Shown here piece by piece: positions 18,666-34,209 of a stretch of DNA of 64,000 nucleotides. A program made the position numbers and the translations under genes. The notes under the pieces are model-generated. The model ran no database searches, was not told the DNA's origin, and saw nothing but the letters and a program-made list of their open reading frames with translations. Numbering within the stretch: the stretch's first letter is position 1; every line of letters begins with the position of its first letter. This stretch comes from Paracoccaceae bacterium (GTDB lineage Bacteria > Pseudomonadota > Alphaproteobacteria > Rhodobacterales > Rhodobacteraceae), in assembly GCA_037968835.1 (NCBI GenBank), contig JBBKWG010000106.1:7419-71418 (forward strand). The letters run 5' to 3'.

Positions 18666-19358
18666 GTGACAGCAGATCTTACGAGTCTGGGAGATTGGGC
18701 GTCGCTTCCATTCTTCAGCGAGACCTGGCCCACACTTAGTTCGCAGATTGCGGCAGATAACCGCGAGATCTTGCCGCCGGAGCAAGCTCGCTTCGCAGCA
18801 CTTGCCCACACCCCACCCTCCGAAGTCCGGGTGATAATTCTGGGTCAGGACCCCTATCCCACTCCCGGACACGCCAACGGTCTTGCGTTCTCTGTCGCGC
18901 CGGATGTCGCACTCCCGCGCTCGCTCGCGAACATCTATCGCGAGATGCGCGACGACATTGGTGCCGCGCCCGATAATGGCGACCTGACCCATTGGGCGGA
19001 TCAAGGTGTGCTACTTCTCAACACCTGCCTTTCGGTGCCCGCCCGCGAAGCAGCCGGACACGCGCGGTTGGGATGGCACAAGCTGGCCGAGCAGATTTTG
19101 CAGCGTGTTTCGAAACGCCCCTGCGCATTTTTGCTTTGGGGCAAGACAGCGCAGGCCTTTCGCCCTCACATCGTTGGTCGTGGCCATCTCATCGTCGAGA
19201 CCGCGCATCCCTCACCCCTGTCGGCCCAACGCGGGTTTTTTGGATCGCGCCCCTTCTCAGCCATTAACAATTGGCTGATCTCGCGTGGTGAACCTCCGAT
19301 CCGGTGGGCTGATCGGCCCGACTCTTCCCAAGGATCGAGCGACGCGGTATTGCAGTAG
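18666..19358 (+). CDS. ung: Uracil-DNA glycosylase (family 1)
   Basis: [18 protein letters not shown] and the HPSPLSA motif. GTG start. Confidence 0.85.
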   Translation: MTADLTSLGDWASLPFFSETWPTLSSQIAADNREILPPEQARFAALAHTPPSEVRVIILGQDPYPTPGHANGLAFSVAPDVALPRSLANIYREMRDDIGAAPDNGDLTHWADQGVLLLNTCLSVPAREAAGHARLGWHKLAEQILQRVSKRPCAFLLWGKTAQAFRPHIVGRGHLIVETAHPSPLSAQRGFFGSRPFSAINNWLISRGEPPIRWADRPDSSQGSSDAVLQ

Positions 19359-19360
19359 CC

Positions 19361-20176
19361 ATGACCACCGCACTCGACCGCATCAAAGCCTACAAGCTCG
19401 GGGAAATCGCGTCCGCGAAGGCGCGAAAGCCTTTGCGGCACGTCGAAGATGAAGCCCGCGAGGCGACGCCGGTGCGCGGATTTACCGCCGCGCTACGCCA
19501 AGCCTCCCAAACCGGTTACGGGCTGATTGCGGAAATCAAGAAAGCCAGCCCATCCAAAGGTCTGATACGGGCCGATTTCGACCCGCCTTCTCTTGCCCGC
19601 GCATATGAATCCGGTGGCGCAACCTGCCTTTCGGTACTGACTGATGCGCCCTCGTTTCAAGGCGCGCCGGAATATCTGACCGCCGCCCGGAACGCTGTTT
19701 CGATCCCCTGTCTTCGCAAGGATTTCATCTATGACACTTATCAGGTCGCAGAAGCACGCGCCTGGGGTGCGGATTGCATTCTGATTATCATGGCGAGCGT
19801 TTCCGATGCCCAAGCCGCTGAAATTGAGAATTGTGCAATGAATACATGGCACATGAACGTTCTTGTTGAAGTGCATGATGAAGAAGAACTTGATCGTGCC
19901 TTGGACCTTCGCTCGCCGCTTTTGGGGATCAACAACCGAAACCTCAAGACATTCGAGACGGATTTAGGAACGACACGAAATCTCGCCGCCCGTGTGCCGA
20001 CAGAGAAACTGCTGATTGCGGAAAGCGGGCTTTCCACTCCCGACGATCTGGCGGATTTGGCAGAGTACGGCGCGCGTTGTTTTCTGATCGGCGAAAGTCT
20101 GATGCGGCAACACGATGTCGCGGCGGCCACTCGGAACATCCTTGCCATTCCGACAGCGGCCGAGCGCGCAACCTGA
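19361..20176 (+). CDS. trpC: Indole-3-glycerol phosphate synthase
   Basis: [13 protein letters not shown] motif. 271 aa. Confidence 0.9.
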   Translation: MTTALDRIKAYKLGEIASAKARKPLRHVEDEAREATPVRGFTAALRQASQTGYGLIAEIKKASPSKGLIRADFDPPSLARAYESGGATCLSVLTDAPSFQGAPEYLTAARNAVSIPCLRKDFIYDTYQVAEARAWGADCILIIMASVSDAQAAEIENCAMNTWHMNVLVEVHDEEELDRALDLRSPLLGINNRNLKTFETDLGTTRNLAARVPTEKLLIAESGLSTPDDLADLAEYGARCFLIGESLMRQHDVAAATRNILAIPTAAERAT

Positions 20177-20655
20177 TGCCTGAACTGACGCACTTCAATT
20201 CGGACGGTCAAGCGCACATGGTGGACGTGTCCGACAAACCAAGCACGAACCGCGTTGCCATTGCCGAAGGCTACGTGAAGATGCGTCTCGAAACGCTTGA
20301 TATAATTATCGACAATCGTGCAAAGAAGGGTGACGTTCTGTCTGTCGCGCGGCTGGCTGGGATTATGGGCGCGAAGAAGACATCCGAGTTGATCCCGCTC
20401 TGCCACCCTCTGCCGATTACCAAGGTTTCGCTGGAACTTGCCATTGACCGCGATCGCCCTGGCGTGCGGGTCGAAGCGACGGTGAAAACGGCAGGTCAGA
20501 CCGGCGTCGAGATGGAGGCACTTACCGCAGTCGCAACGGCGTGTCTGACCATCTACGATATGGTTAAGGCCGTCGAGAAGTCGATGACGATCGAGGGCAT
20601 TCGTCTCGTTCTGAAAGATGGCGGTAAATCAGGACGTTACGAGGCGACCCGGTGA
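20176..20655 (+). CDS. moaC: Cyclic pyranopterin monophosphate synthase
   Basis: [21 protein letters not shown]...ELIPLCHPL. The ATG shares one nt with the trpC stop (TGATG). Confidence 0.9.
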   Translation: MPELTHFNSDGQAHMVDVSDKPSTNRVAIAEGYVKMRLETLDIIIDNRAKKGDVLSVARLAGIMGAKKTSELIPLCHPLPITKVSLELAIDRDRPGVRVEATVKTAGQTGVEMEALTAVATACLTIYDMVKAVEKSMTIEGIRLVLKDGGKSGRYEATR

Positions 20656-21824
20656 TATCCGTGGCCGAGGCGCTGCAACGCGTCCTCGCACTGGCGCGTC
20701 CAATGGGTGACGAATTGGTGCCTTTACGTCATGCGGCAGGACGACGGCTTGCCCAAGACGTCACTGCCACCCGCGACCAACCACCCTTCCCATCCTCGGC
20801 CATGGACGGATACGCCGTCCGGGCCGAAGACGTCGCGCCCTCGGCTGAACTATCGGTGATTGGCGAAGCGGCAGCCGGTCATGCCTTTGATGGCGTAATT
20901 GGCGCCGTCGAAGCAGTTCGAATATTCACCGGCGCGCCGGTCCCGAGCGGAGCCTCGCGCGTGATTATTCAGGAGGACGTCACCCGGTCAGGTGACAAGG
21001 TTGTTTTGAACGATAATGTAGATTCATCGTTTTATATCAGATCAAAAGGAGACGATTTTAAAGTCGGTGATACGGTAAGCGCACCTCGAAGACTTGTGGC
21101 TTCGGACATCGCATTAATCGCCTCGATGAACTTCCGCGAAGTGAGCGTTAAACGTCGACCTGAAATCGCAATTATCGCAACGGGTGACGAGTTGGTCATG
21201 CCGGGCGAAAACCCGAGAAACGATCAGATAATCGCGTCCAACACGTTCGGGCTCGCGGTCCTGTTCGAAGCGGAGGGCGCATTTGTGCGCATTCTCCCGA
21301 TCGCCCGCGACACGGCGGAATCATTGACGACGGCATTTTCGCTTGCGACGGATTCCGACCTCATCGTCACGATTGGCGGTGCGTCCGTCGGGGATCACGA
21401 TATCGTCGGACAATTGGCGAGCGAGCTAGGCATGGACCGTTCATTTTACAAGGTTGCGATGCGGCCCGGAAAACCGCTGATGGCCGGACATTTCAACGGA
21501 CTTCCCCTGATTGGATTGCCAGGCAATCCAGTCTCATCAATGATTTGCGGTCATATCTTCATTCTTCCGATGATCCGAGCAATGATGGGTGACCAGCCCG
21601 GACCGCTGCCCAGATATAAGGTGCCGCTCGCTGCTGCTCTCAACGCGAATGGGCCGCGTGAGCACTACATGCGCGCTATCGTCGAAAACGGTCGCGTTCA
21701 CGCAGCAGATCGTCAGGATAGTGCGCTTTTGTCCGTTCTCGCGACGGCCAATGCGTTGATCGTGCGTCCACCCGATGACCCGCCTCGCGCTGAAGGGGTT
21801 CTGGTTGATGTTATTGACCTCTGA
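20652..21824 (+). CDS. moeA: Molybdopterin molybdenumtransferase
   Basis: [11 protein letters not shown] motif. GTGA overlap with moaC. 390 aa. Confidence 0.85.
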   Translation: MISVAEALQRVLALARPMGDELVPLRHAAGRRLAQDVTATRDQPPFPSSAMDGYAVRAEDVAPSAELSVIGEAAAGHAFDGVIGAVEAVRIFTGAPVPSGASRVIIQEDVTRSGDKVVLNDNVDSSFYIRSKGDDFKVGDTVSAPRRLVASDIALIASMNFREVSVKRRPEIAIIATGDELVMPGENPRNDQIIASNTFGLAVLFEAEGAFVRILPIARDTAESLTTAFSLATDSDLIVTIGGASVGDHDIVGQLASELGMDRSFYKVAMRPGKPLMAGHFNGLPLIGLPGNPVSSMICGHIFILPMIRAMMGDQPGPLPRYKVPLAAALNANGPREHYMRAIVENGRVHAADRQDSALLSVLATANALIVRPPDDPPRAEGVLVDVIDL

Positions 21825-21845
21825 CAAATCGTTGACACAAAACGG

Positions 21846-21871
21846 GAACACGTGTAGAACATCCCCTGAAC
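21846..21871. promoter_or_regulatory. Alphaproteobacterial SOS operator: three GAAC tetramers spaced by 7 nt (two overlapping LexA boxes)
   Basis: GAACacgtgtaGAACatcccctGAAC, 44-69 nt upstream of the lexA ATG. It matches the GTTC-N7-GTTC / GAAC-N7-GAAC LexA motif defined in Rhodobacter and Rhizobium. Confidence 0.7.
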
Positions 21872-21914
21872 AGCCCGGCGCGTAACCGGGGCCGAGCAGA
21901 GGATGGCTTCATCA

Positions 21915-22607
21915 ATGTTGACCCGTAAACAACTCGATTTGTTGGAATTCATCCACAAGCGTGTGCAGCGCGATGGTGTCCCGCCTTCGTTCGACGAAAT
22001 GAAGGATGCGCTGGACCTTCGGTCCAAGTCCGGAATTCATCGCCTGATAACGGCGCTGGAAGAACGTGGGTTCATTCGACGGCTGGCCCACCGCGCGCGT
22101 GCAATCGAAATCGTAAAGCTACCCGAAGCTCTGGATTCCGGCGCGACGTTCGTTCCGAAAGTCATCGAAGGTGACAAAGGGACCAAACGTCCGCCCGCCA
22201 ATTCCATGACCGTTCAAGTACACGCCGTCGAATTGCCCGTCATGGGTCGAATTGCAGCCGGTGTGCCGATCGAAGCAATCAGCGAAGTCAGCCATACCGT
22301 GTCTGTTCCGGGACAGATGGTGGGTGGCAAGGGTCACCACTACGCCCTTGAAGTGAAAGGCGATTCGATGATCGACGTCGGCATTAACGACGGCGATATC
22401 GTTGTCATCCGCGAGACGAAAACCGCCAGCAACGGCGATATAGTGGTCGCACTCGTCAAAGATCAGGAGGCAACGCTCAAGCGCTTCCGTCAGTCCGGAA
22501 ATACTATCGCGCTTGAAGCCGCGAATCCGGCGTACGAGACCCGATTGTACCGCGACGATCAGGTCAAAGTGCAGGGACGGCTGGTCGGCCTCATCCGAAG
22601 CTACTGA
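21915..22607 (+). CDS. lexA: LexA repressor
   Basis: [13 protein letters not shown]...[20 protein letters not shown] (wHTH). The S24 peptidase part contains [17 protein letters not shown] and LKRF. The longest ORF starts at 21903. Confidence 0.9.
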   Translation: MLTRKQLDLLEFIHKRVQRDGVPPSFDEMKDALDLRSKSGIHRLITALEERGFIRRLAHRARAIEIVKLPEALDSGATFVPKVIEGDKGTKRPPANSMTVQVHAVELPVMGRIAAGVPIEAISEVSHTVSVPGQMVGGKGHHYALEVKGDSMIDVGINDGDIVVIRETKTASNGDIVVALVKDQEATLKRFRQSGNTIALEAANPAYETRLYRDDQVKVQGRLVGLIRSY

Positions 22608-24655
22608 GACCATAGTCGGTGACCGGATTTATCGCGGACCGTCGTGATTTCCGTTCGTTCATCTGTTCTGGCAATTGCCAGCGCGCCCGTTTGTGACAAC
22701 CGGCGCGCGTCAAAGCCGTTACATTCGCGAGGAAACTCGGTTGCGACGTTCACAATGACCAGATCGGCGTCGGCGCATTGAAGCACGGCAAGGGCGGCTG
22801 CAACCTTTCCGGTCGCGTGCAAAATGCGCAGGCCGTGAGCCTCGATCCAGTTCAGCCGATCGACGGGATGGGTCTTCATCCGCCCATAGGCAGTTTCCTG
22901 CAAAGCCGGATCGCCATCGTTTTCGAGCCAACTCATCGCCGCGAAGCTTTCGCCGCGTTCCTTCGATAAAGCCCGGCCTTTCGGCGTCATCACTCCGATC
23001 AATCCGCCGGACTGCGATACCAGGACGTCGGGTCTTTCGGCTTGCGACCACAGGATCAGGGCGAAGAGTACAAGACCCAGACCTGCGGCCCTCGTGCGTC
23101 CCTGCCATATGACAACCCAAAGGCCGCCAAGCGTGAGAAGCGGAACAACCGCCGGGCCGGGCGTAACGACTTGGCTGATCGCCGATGGCCAGCCGGAAAC
23201 CGTCGATGCGACGCCAAGAATCCATAGGATCGCCAGTTCCATGAGCGCCAGTCCGACCCACGCCAGCCCTAGTGGTGCAAGTGCACCCGCCAAGACCGCG
23301 CCGGGTATGATGAGCGCGCCCATCAACGGGACAGCCACGATATTTGCCAGAAGGCCGTAGTGGGGAATTTGGTTGAAATGCGCGGCCGCGAACGGTGCGG
23401 TTGCGGCTCCGGCCACCGCCGATGACAGCGCGACGCCTCCGATAACGCGCACCAACCAAGGCCACCGAACAAGTGAAGTTCCGATTTCGCGCAGGCCGCC
23501 GTATACCGCAACCAGCGCGGTGGTCGCGGCGAATGACATCTGAAATCCCGGGCCGTACAGTGTCTCGGGGCGCAATGTCAGCACGATCAGGGCCGCTACC
23601 GCCACCGCACGCAGCGTGATGGCGCGTCGGTCGACCAGCACTGCGCCCAACATGACTGCGACCATGATGAATGCGCGTTCCGTCGCGACGTTTCCGCCTG
23701 ACAGCGCAAGATAAACCGCTCCCGCATGCAACGCGACTGCAGCAGCGATTTTCTTCGTCGGCCAATATAACGCGATGCGCGGCCAAGCGGCCAACAGCGT
23801 TCGGGTCGCCGCGAAGATGAACCCGGTCAAAAGCCCCATGTGAAGGCCCGAGATCGCCAGTAGATGGGCCAGATTCGATGCGCGCAGATTGTCCAGAACT
23901 TGTCGATCCATGCCTGATCTGTCGCCGGTCGTAATGGCAGCCGCGAAGGCGCCAGCGGCTCCGGGCAACGCATTCTGAACCGCATTCGACAGCCGCTTGC
24001 GCAGCCTGTAGAGTCCGAGTTTCGCCTCGGATTCCCGGTGGGGCGACAATACCAGCGCCGGCGTGCGGGTGTAGCCGACCGCGCCAAGGCGTTGAAACCA
24101 TGCTTGGCGCTGGAAATCGTAGCCGCCGGGTTCAACCGGCCCTTCGGGTGGCCCGAGGTGTCCGGTCACCACAATTACCAGCCCCGGTTCGGGCGTGAAA
24201 TACTCTTGCGGTCCGTGCAGCGAGACACGGACACGCGCTGGCGTTCTGCCGGGTCGCACTTTGCTGAGATTTACCTTGTCCAATGTGAGGCGGACAGCAT
24301 CCGATTGCGAGCGGTCGATTTCGACAATTCGTCCCTCAATCGGACCGTAGTAGCGAAAGGGTAACTTGATCTCGGAAACGGTTTGTGCGCGGACGCCCGC
24401 CAGCAAGAAGCCGACAAGGCACAGGATCAGTCCGGTAACCACTGGCCGCAATCCCGGACCGCTCACCGCGCCGACGATTAGCAGCAGGCAGGCCCCGATC
24501 ACGAGCGCGGCCCAGATGACCGGCGTGGGCTCTTGCAACAGAGAAAAATAAAACCCGATACCAATGCCAAGCGCCACGGGCGACCACGGAAACAGGTGGC
24601 CACGCTGGTTGTTGAGGCTATCGGAAAGACTGAAAAAAGGGCGCACCCTTGTCAC
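22601..24655 (-). CDS. comEC: ComEC/Rec2 family DNA internalisation channel protein
   Basis: Polytopic membrane protein with the Competence-domain signature [15 protein letters not shown]. The C-terminal beta-lactamase-like region lacks HxHxDH. The start may be GTG 24646. Confidence 0.8.
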   Translation of the reverse strand: MTRVRPFFSLSDSLNNQRGHLFPWSPVALGIGIGFYFSLLQEPTPVIWAALVIGACLLLIVGAVSGPGLRPVVTGLILCLVGFLLAGVRAQTVSEIKLPFRYYGPIEGRIVEIDRSQSDAVRLTLDKVNLSKVRPGRTPARVRVSLHGPQEYFTPEPGLVIVVTGHLGPPEGPVEPGGYDFQRQAWFQRLGAVGYTRTPALVLSPHRESEAKLGLYRLRKRLSNAVQNALPGAAGAFAAAITTGDRSGMDRQVLDNLRASNLAHLLAISGLHMGLLTGFIFAATRTLLAAWPRIALYWPTKKIAAAVALHAGAVYLALSGGNVATERAFIMVAVMLGAVLVDRRAITLRAVAVAALIVLTLRPETLYGPGFQMSFAATTALVAVYGGLREIGTSLVRWPWLVRVIGGVALSSAVAGAATAPFAAAHFNQIPHYGLLANIVAVPLMGALIIPGAVLAGALAPLGLAWVGLALMELAILWILGVASTVSGWPSAISQVVTPGPAVVPLLTLGGLWVVIWQGRTRAAGLGLVLFALILWSQAERPDVLVSQSGGLIGVMTPKGRALSKERGESFAAMSWLENDGDPALQETAYGRMKTHPVDRLNWIEAHGLRILHATGKVAAALAVLQCADADLVIVNVATEFPRECNGFDARRLSQTGALAIARTDERTEITTVRDKSGHRLWSQ

Positions 24656-24721
24656 CTCCGGGCGCGTTGACTACACCACGCGAAACTCGCACCTCATGGT
24701 TTCCAAAAGGTTTACGTCCGT

Positions 24722-26125
24722 ATGACCGACCGTCCCGTCGTAACCCGTTTCGCGCCCTCTCCGACGGGTTATCTGCACATTGGCGGAGCGCGAACGGCGT
24801 TGTTCAACTGGCTCTATGCCCGAGGTCACGGCGGGCGTTTTCTGCTTCGGATCGAAGATACCGACCGCGCGAGATCGACACCTGAAGCGACCGAAGCGAT
24901 TTTTCGCGGCCTCAGGTGGCTGGGACTTGATTGGGACGGCGACGCGGTGAGTCAAGCCTCGCGTGTCGAACGTCATGCTGAAGTCGCTCATCAGATGCTG
25001 ACCGCCGGAGCCGCGTACAAGTGCTTTTCCACGCAGGACGAGATAGCCGCGTTCCGGGAAGATGCCAAAGCCCAGGGAAACTCGACGATCTTTCGCTCGC
25101 CGTGGCGCGACGTGCCCGCCTCAGACCAGCCCGCTGGCCCCTTCGCGATCCGCGTCAAGGCGCCGCGCGACGGCGAGACGATCATCCGCGATCAGGTTCA
25201 GGGCGACGTCACCATTCGCAACGATCAGCTTGACGACATGATCGTGCTACGCTCGGACGGAACGCCGGTTTATATGTTGGCTGTGGTTGTCGACGATCAC
25301 GATATGGGCGTCACTCATGTCATCCGTGGCGACGACCATCTGAACAATGCCGCGCGTCAAATGCTGGTCTATCAAGCGATGGGTTGGGACGTGCCGGTAT
25401 GGGCGCATATCCCGCTTATTCACGGCGAGGACGGCAAGAAACTGTCCAAACGCCACGGGGCGCTTGGGGTTGAGGAATGGCAGGCGGCGGGATACCCGGC
25501 GGCGGGAATGCGAAATTATCTGACGCGGCTCGGGTGGAGTCACGGCGACGACGAATTCTTTTCCTCCGAGCAGGCAATCACTTGGTTCGACTTTTACGGA
25601 ATTGGCAAGTCGCCCGCCCGCTTCGATACAAAGAAACTGCTCAATCTGTCGGGCCAGCACATCGCAGTTTCGCACGATGCTGCACTTGTAGCGGAAATCG
25701 GCGAATATCTGAAAGCCGCTGGTCTGCCGCCGTTGAAAGTGCAGCAGGCAGGCGATCTGGAACGCGCAATGTACTGCCTGAAGGATCGCGCGCGCTTGTT
25801 CCCGGAACTCCTTGAAAAAGCGCATTTTGTGTTGACAAGCAGGCCGATTGAAATCGACCCGAAATCGCAAGGGACGCTTGATCCGGTCTCCCGAGGGATA
25901 CTGCTGGAATTGACGCCGCAACTGCAAAATGTTAGCTGGACGCGCGATACGCTTGAGCAAATTGTCGAGGCTCTGGCCGAGGCACATGACACGAAGCTCG
26001 GGAAGATTGCAGCCCCCCTGCGCGCTGCGCTTGCAGGGAGATCCGTCTCGCCCAGCGTATTCGATATGATGCTTGTTCTCGGGCGGGAAGAAACGATACT
26101 CCGACTGACCGACGCGGCGAAATAA
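24722..26125 (+). CDS. gltX: Glutamate--tRNA ligase
   Basis: [12 protein letters not shown] (HIGH) and KLSKRH (KMSKS). Confidence 0.9.
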   Translation: MTDRPVVTRFAPSPTGYLHIGGARTALFNWLYARGHGGRFLLRIEDTDRARSTPEATEAIFRGLRWLGLDWDGDAVSQASRVERHAEVAHQMLTAGAAYKCFSTQDEIAAFREDAKAQGNSTIFRSPWRDVPASDQPAGPFAIRVKAPRDGETIIRDQVQGDVTIRNDQLDDMIVLRSDGTPVYMLAVVVDDHDMGVTHVIRGDDHLNNAARQMLVYQAMGWDVPVWAHIPLIHGEDGKKLSKRHGALGVEEWQAAGYPAAGMRNYLTRLGWSHGDDEFFSSEQAITWFDFYGIGKSPARFDTKKLLNLSGQHIAVSHDAALVAEIGEYLKAAGLPPLKVQQAGDLERAMYCLKDRARLFPELLEKAHFVLTSRPIEIDPKSQGTLDPVSRGILLELTPQLQNVSWTRDTLEQIVEALAEAHDTKLGKIAAPLRAALAGRSVSPSVFDMMLVLGREETILRLTDAAK

Positions 26126-26197
26126 AACGGCGTCCCGGGTGTATTACCGGATCGCGGAAACCGCGCCCGCGCTTCTTGCGCAGGCGGAACGACAGGG

Positions 26198-27499
26198 ATG
26201 AGAATGGCCGAAACAAACAAAACCGCGAAGCTGCGCTTTGAAGGCAAAGAGCTTGAACTTCCGATCCTGTCACCCTCTGCGGGGCCGGATGTGATCGACA
26301 TCAGAAAGCTATACGCACAGGGCGACGTTTTCACCTACGATCCCGGTTTCACCTCGACGGCGTCGTGCGACAGCACCATCACGTTCATTGACGGTGACAA
26401 GGGCGAGCTGCTCCACCGCGGCTATCCGATCGACCAACTTGCCGAGAAATCCCATTTCCTGGAAGTCTGCTATCTGTTGCTTTACGGCGATCTCCCATCT
26501 GCTGAACAACTGGAAGATTTCGAGGCCCGCGTCACCAATCACACGATGCTTCACGAACAAATGCAGTATTTTTTCCGTGGCTTCCGCCGCGACGCTCATC
26601 CAATGGCCGTTGTCGTCGGGGTCGTGGGCGCCATGTCCGCGTTCTATCATGACAGCACAGATGTCAGCGATCCCTGGCAGCGCGAAGTCGCGTCGATCCG
26701 TTTGATCGCGAAAATGCCGACCATTGCGGCGTGGGCCTACAAGTATTCGATCGGGCAGCCGTTCGTGTATCCACGCAACGACCTGGATTACGCGTCCAAC
26801 TTCCTGCGCATGTGTTTTTCGGTTCCCGCCGAGGAGTACGAGGTCAATCCGATCCTCGCCCGCGCCATGGACCGCATTTTCACGCTGCATGCTGACCACG
26901 AGCAGAATGCTTCGACCTCGACCGTGCGTCTGGCATCGTCGTCCGGCGCCAACCCGTTCGCGTGTATTGCCGCCGGCGTTGCGTGTCTTTGGGGGCCAGC
27001 CCATGGCGGCGCGAACCAGGCGTGTCTTGAGATGCTGCGCGAAATAGGCACGGTTGATCGCATTCCCGAGTATATCGAGCGGGCCAAGGACAAGAACGAT
27101 CCGTTCCGTCTGATGGGCTTCGGACACCGCGTCTACAAGAATTTCGACCCGCGCGCGAAGGTGATGAAACAGTCGGCGGACGAGGTTCTGGATTTGCTCG
27201 GAATCGAGAACAATCCAACGCTTCAGGTCGCCAAGGAGTTGGAGAAGATCGCGCTTCAGGACCCGTATTTCAAAGAAAAGAAGCTTTATCCGAACGTCGA
27301 TTTTTATTCGGGCATCATCCTCGATGCCATGGGCTTCCCGACGTCGATGTTCACCCCGGTTTTTGCTGTCGCACGGACCGTTGGGTGGGTCAGTCAGTGG
27401 AAAGAAATGATCGCTGACCCGCAGATGAAAATCGGCCGCCCACGCCAGCTTTATGTGGGCGCTACGCGTCGCGATTATGTAGATGTCGAAGACAGGTGA
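26198..27499 (+). CDS. gltA: Citrate synthase
   Basis: [14 protein letters not shown] signature. 433 aa. Confidence 0.9.
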   Translation: MRMAETNKTAKLRFEGKELELPILSPSAGPDVIDIRKLYAQGDVFTYDPGFTSTASCDSTITFIDGDKGELLHRGYPIDQLAEKSHFLEVCYLLLYGDLPSAEQLEDFEARVTNHTMLHEQMQYFFRGFRRDAHPMAVVVGVVGAMSAFYHDSTDVSDPWQREVASIRLIAKMPTIAAWAYKYSIGQPFVYPRNDLDYASNFLRMCFSVPAEEYEVNPILARAMDRIFTLHADHEQNASTSTVRLASSSGANPFACIAAGVACLWGPAHGGANQACLEMLREIGTVDRIPEYIERAKDKNDPFRLMGFGHRVYKNFDPRAKVMKQSADEVLDLLGIENNPTLQVAKELEKIALQDPYFKEKKLYPNVDFYSGIILDAMGFPTSMFTPVFAVARTVGWVSQWKEMIADPQMKIGRPRQLYVGATRRDYVDVEDR

Positions 27500-27508
27500 G
27501 CTTTGGGC

Positions 27509-27526
27509 GGGGGCCGGAAGGCCCCC
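27509..27526. terminator. Hairpin between convergent gltA and hisI
   Basis: GGGGGCC-ggaa-GGCCCCC, a 7-bp GC stem. The flanking T/A runs are weak. Confidence 0.4.
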
Positions 27527-27539
27527 CGTTTACGCTGAT

Positions 27540-27899
27540 TTACGCTTCAGATTTCATCAATTCGATCTCGCTGCCATCGCGCACCGCCGTGTAGAAACAG
27601 CTCTTGCGATTGGTGTGACACGCTGGACCGGCTTGCTCGACGATCAGCAACAGGCAGTCGCGGTCGCAATCGACTCGCAAGTCGACAAGTTTCTGAATGT
27701 GACCCGATGTCTCGCCCTTCACCCAAAATTCCGATCTTGACCTTGACCAATACGTGACGCGGCCACTGGCGAGGGTGCGGGCAACCGCGTCAGAATTCAT
27801 CCAAGCCATCATCAGCACATCGCCGGTTGCGGCTTCTTGCGCGATGACGGGAATCAAGCCCTGATCATTGTAACGCAGGCTTGCAGGATCGAATTCCAT
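27540..27899 (-). CDS. hisI: Phosphoribosyl-AMP cyclohydrolase
   Basis: [39 protein letters not shown] motif. Confidence 0.85.
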   Translation of the reverse strand: MEFDPASLRYNDQGLIPVIAQEAATGDVLMMAWMNSDAVARTLASGRVTYWSRSRSEFWVKGETSGHIQKLVDLRVDCDRDCLLLIVEQAGPACHTNRKSCFYTAVRDGSEIELMKSEA

Positions 27900-27964
27900 G
27901 AGCCATTCCTTTCCAAAATGCGGCAGCGCTCCTATCTAGAAGCCGGAGGCGCCAAAGGGAAGCC

Positions 27965-28411
27965 ATGTCCGAGACCGACCTTATCAAGCTCTACTCGGGG
28001 CGAATTCTGGAACTGGCAGCGGACATTCCGCTGACTGATCGCCTTGATACGCCCGATGCTTCGGTGAAAAAGCGTTCGCCGTTGTGCGGTTCGACCGTCA
28101 CCGTCGATGTGCGCATGAATGATGGCCGGATTTCCGAGTTCGGGCAGGATGTGAAGGCCTGCGCTCTGGGTCAGGCTTCGGCGTCGGTACTTGGACGACA
28201 TGTCATCGGACGTACTCAAGCCGAGATCGGCCACGCCCGCGATCAGCTTCGTGCGATGTTGACCAAAGATGGTCCGGTGCCCGACGCGCCGTTCGACGAC
28301 TACGAAGTGCTTTTACCCGCGCGCGAGTTCCGCAATCGACACGCATCGATCCTGCTCGCTCTGGAAGCCACAGCAGAGGCTGCTGCCAAAGCTGAAGCCA
28401 GCGCCGCATAA
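27965..28411 (+). CDS. Iron-sulfur cluster assembly scaffold-like protein (NifU N-terminal/IscU fold)
   Basis: LYSGRILELAADIP...SPLCGSTVTV...KACALGQASASVL resembles IscU/SufU-type scaffolds. The third Cys is not obvious. Confidence 0.65.
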   Translation: MSETDLIKLYSGRILELAADIPLTDRLDTPDASVKKRSPLCGSTVTVDVRMNDGRISEFGQDVKACALGQASASVLGRHVIGRTQAEIGHARDQLRAMLTKDGPVPDAPFDDYEVLLPAREFRNRHASILLALEATAEAAAKAEASAA

Positions 28412-28430
28412 CTTCGTCACTGTCCTTAAC

Positions 28431-28467
28431 AAAAAAAACCGCCGCGCATTCAAAGGAATGGCGGCGG
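28431..28467 (-). terminator. Strong rho-independent terminator on the minus strand
   Basis: The minus strand reads CCGCCGC-CATTC-cttt-GAATG-c-GCGGCGG followed by T8. That is a 12-bp stem with one bulge. On the plus strand the run is A8 upstream of the stem, so the polarity is minus. Confidence 0.7.
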
Positions 28468-28598
28468 AAGTGGCGCATCTGGGAAAGCCCGGTCGCGACC
28501 CGGGACGGGGTCGCAGTCACGAGGGACAAAACTCTGGCTTCGCATCGAAGTTGGGGACAGGATGCGTGACCGGTGGTCCAGACCGCAGGCAGAAAAGG

Positions 28599-28718
28599 TC
28601 AGAGAAGTCCGGGAAGCGACAAGCCGACGACAAATATCACGATCAATGCAGAGACGCCGGCGAAATCCTGCGCCAACGTACCGGAACTGCGGGCAATCGT
28701 CTCTTTCAGCTCATTCAT
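28599..28718 (-). CDS. Hypothetical 39-aa tail-anchored membrane peptide, candidate SOS-regulated
   Basis: Own translation: MNELKETIARSSGTLAQDFAGVSALIVIFVVGLSLPGLL. AAGGA sits 8 nt upstream of the ATG. A LexA box lies ~85-100 nt upstream and the terminator ~130 nt downstream. Below the ORF-track cut-off. Confidence 0.35.
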   Translation of the reverse strand: MNELKETIARSSGTLAQDFAGVSALIVIFVVGLSLPGLL

Positions 28719-28801
28719 TTTATTGATCCTTCATTCGGGGTCAGACAGCGGGCGGGCTGTGTTGTTGCCCCTTTGTTCTCAAATTATGAACAGTCTGTAA
28801 A

Positions 28802-28816
28802 GAACTTTTTGAGAAC
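28802..28816. promoter_or_regulatory. LexA (SOS) box GAAC-N7-GAAC (GTTC-N7-GTTC on the minus strand)
   Basis: GAACtttttgaGAAC, read directly. It is embedded in a cluster of five GAAC/GTTC tetramers within 28775-28826, between the recG stop and the small minus-strand ORF. Confidence 0.5.
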
Positions 28817-28844
28817 ATTCGCGAACAAAATGGCATCAATCATG

Positions 28845-33073
<4,229 letters not shown>

Positions 33074-33124
33074 TCATGGATAGGATCGGCTCCGGGTCAG
33101 GTCCAGTCGCTTATTGGATCGCTG

Positions 33125-33838
33125 CTAGGCCGAAGCAGCGAGCGGTTCATCAAGCGTCAGCGTTTCCGGGTCGCGCAGCACATATCCACGCCCCCAAACG
33201 GTTTCGATATAATTGTCGCCATCCGTTGCGCCGCTGAGTTTCTTGCGCAGCTTGCAGATGAAAACGTCGATAATCTTCAGTTCCGGTTCGTCCATTCCGC
33301 CATAAAGGTGATTGAGAAACATCTCCTTTGTGAGCGTTGTGCCCTTCCGCAGCGAGAGGAGTTCAAGCATCTGATACTCCTTGCCGGTCAGGTGAACCGT
33401 CTTTCCGGCAACGTCGACAGTCTTGGCATCCAGATTGACCGCCACCTTGCCGGTCGAGATGATCGACTGTGCGTGACCTTTCGAGCGACGGATGATGGCA
33501 TGAATTCGCGCCACCAGTTCTTCGCGGTGAAAGGGTTTGGTCAGATAGTCATCTGCCCCGAACCCGAATCCCTTGATCTTGCTTTCGGTGTCGTCCGATC
33601 CGGTTAGGATCAGAATCGGCGTATCCACCCGGGACATGCGAAGTTGTCGCAGGACTTCGTGTCCATCAATGTCGGGAAGATTGAGATCAAGCAGGATCAG
33701 ATCGTAGTCGTAAAGCTTGGCAAGGTCGATTCCCTCCTCGCCGAGATCGGTGGCATAAACATTCAGATTGGCATGCGTCAGCATCAACTCGATGCTCCGC
33801 GAGGTCGTTGGATCGTCTTCGACCAAAAGTACGCGCAT
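33125..33838 (-). CDS. ctrA: Cell-cycle response regulator CtrA
   Basis: [20 protein letters not shown]...[14 protein letters not shown]...[14 protein letters not shown]...[13 protein letters not shown] is highly CtrA-like. The start was chosen at ATG 33838. Confidence 0.9.
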   Translation of the reverse strand: MRVLLVEDDPTTSRSIELMLTHANLNVYATDLGEEGIDLAKLYDYDLILLDLNLPDIDGHEVLRQLRMSRVDTPILILTGSDDTESKIKGFGFGADDYLTKPFHREELVARIHAIIRRSKGHAQSIISTGKVAVNLDAKTVDVAGKTVHLTGKEYQMLELLSLRKGTTLTKEMFLNHLYGGMDEPELKIIDVFICKLRKKLSGATDGDNYIETVWGRGYVLRDPETLTLDEPLAASA

Positions 33839-33890
33839 ATCAGTTCTCCGCAATCATCCCTACTGTGCAATTAACAATGGCAACGATTGG

Positions 33891-33905
33891 TTAACCACCT
33901 GTTAC
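33891..33905. promoter_or_regulatory. Near-consensus CtrA box TTAA-N7-TTAC in the ctrA promoter region
   Basis: TTAAccacctgTTAC, 53-67 nt upstream of the ctrA ATG. One mismatch to TTAA-N7-TTAA. Confidence 0.35.
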
Positions 33906-33930
33906 GATACGTTCAACTTATCTATACAAT

Positions 33931-34209
33931 CTAAAGTTGTCTATAGCGCTGAATTGACGTGGCTTTCAGCGCCGTTTCGCCGTGCTGTTCAACCGCAGCG
34001 TGCCATGATTCGAATTCTTCCGCCGACAGCCGATAGATTGACAACGCTTCCTCGCGCGTGATCAGCTTGCCGTTTACCGCGCGAACGACGGCCGCCTTGC
34101 GGCTGGCCACCCAACGGCGCGTGGATGGATCCGGAAGATCCGCACGGGTCATCACCGTGCCATCCGGCATCGTTACCGCGCGAGGACCTTCGACTTTTTT
34201 GAGGTACAT
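33931..34209 (-). CDS. sciP: DUF1153-type small helix-turn-helix protein, SciP-like CtrA co-regulator
   Basis: 92 aa. The segment ADLPDPSTRRWVASRKAAVVRAVNGKLITREEALSIYRLSAEEFESWHAAVEQHG fits my recollection of the SciP/DUF1153 pattern. It is adjacent to ctrA, as in Rhodobacter capsulatus. Confidence 0.6.
   Translation of the reverse strand: MYLKKVEGPRAVTMPDGTVMTRADLPDPSTRRWVASRKAAVVRAVNGKLITREEALSIYRLSAEEFESWHAAVEQHGETALKATSIQRYRQL

Noticed and set aside
22719-24101. 460-aa same-strand, alternative-frame ORF inside comEC
   Set aside because: The translation is Arg/Gly/Pro-rich with no domain features. The comEC frame gives coherent TM helices and the Competence-domain signature.
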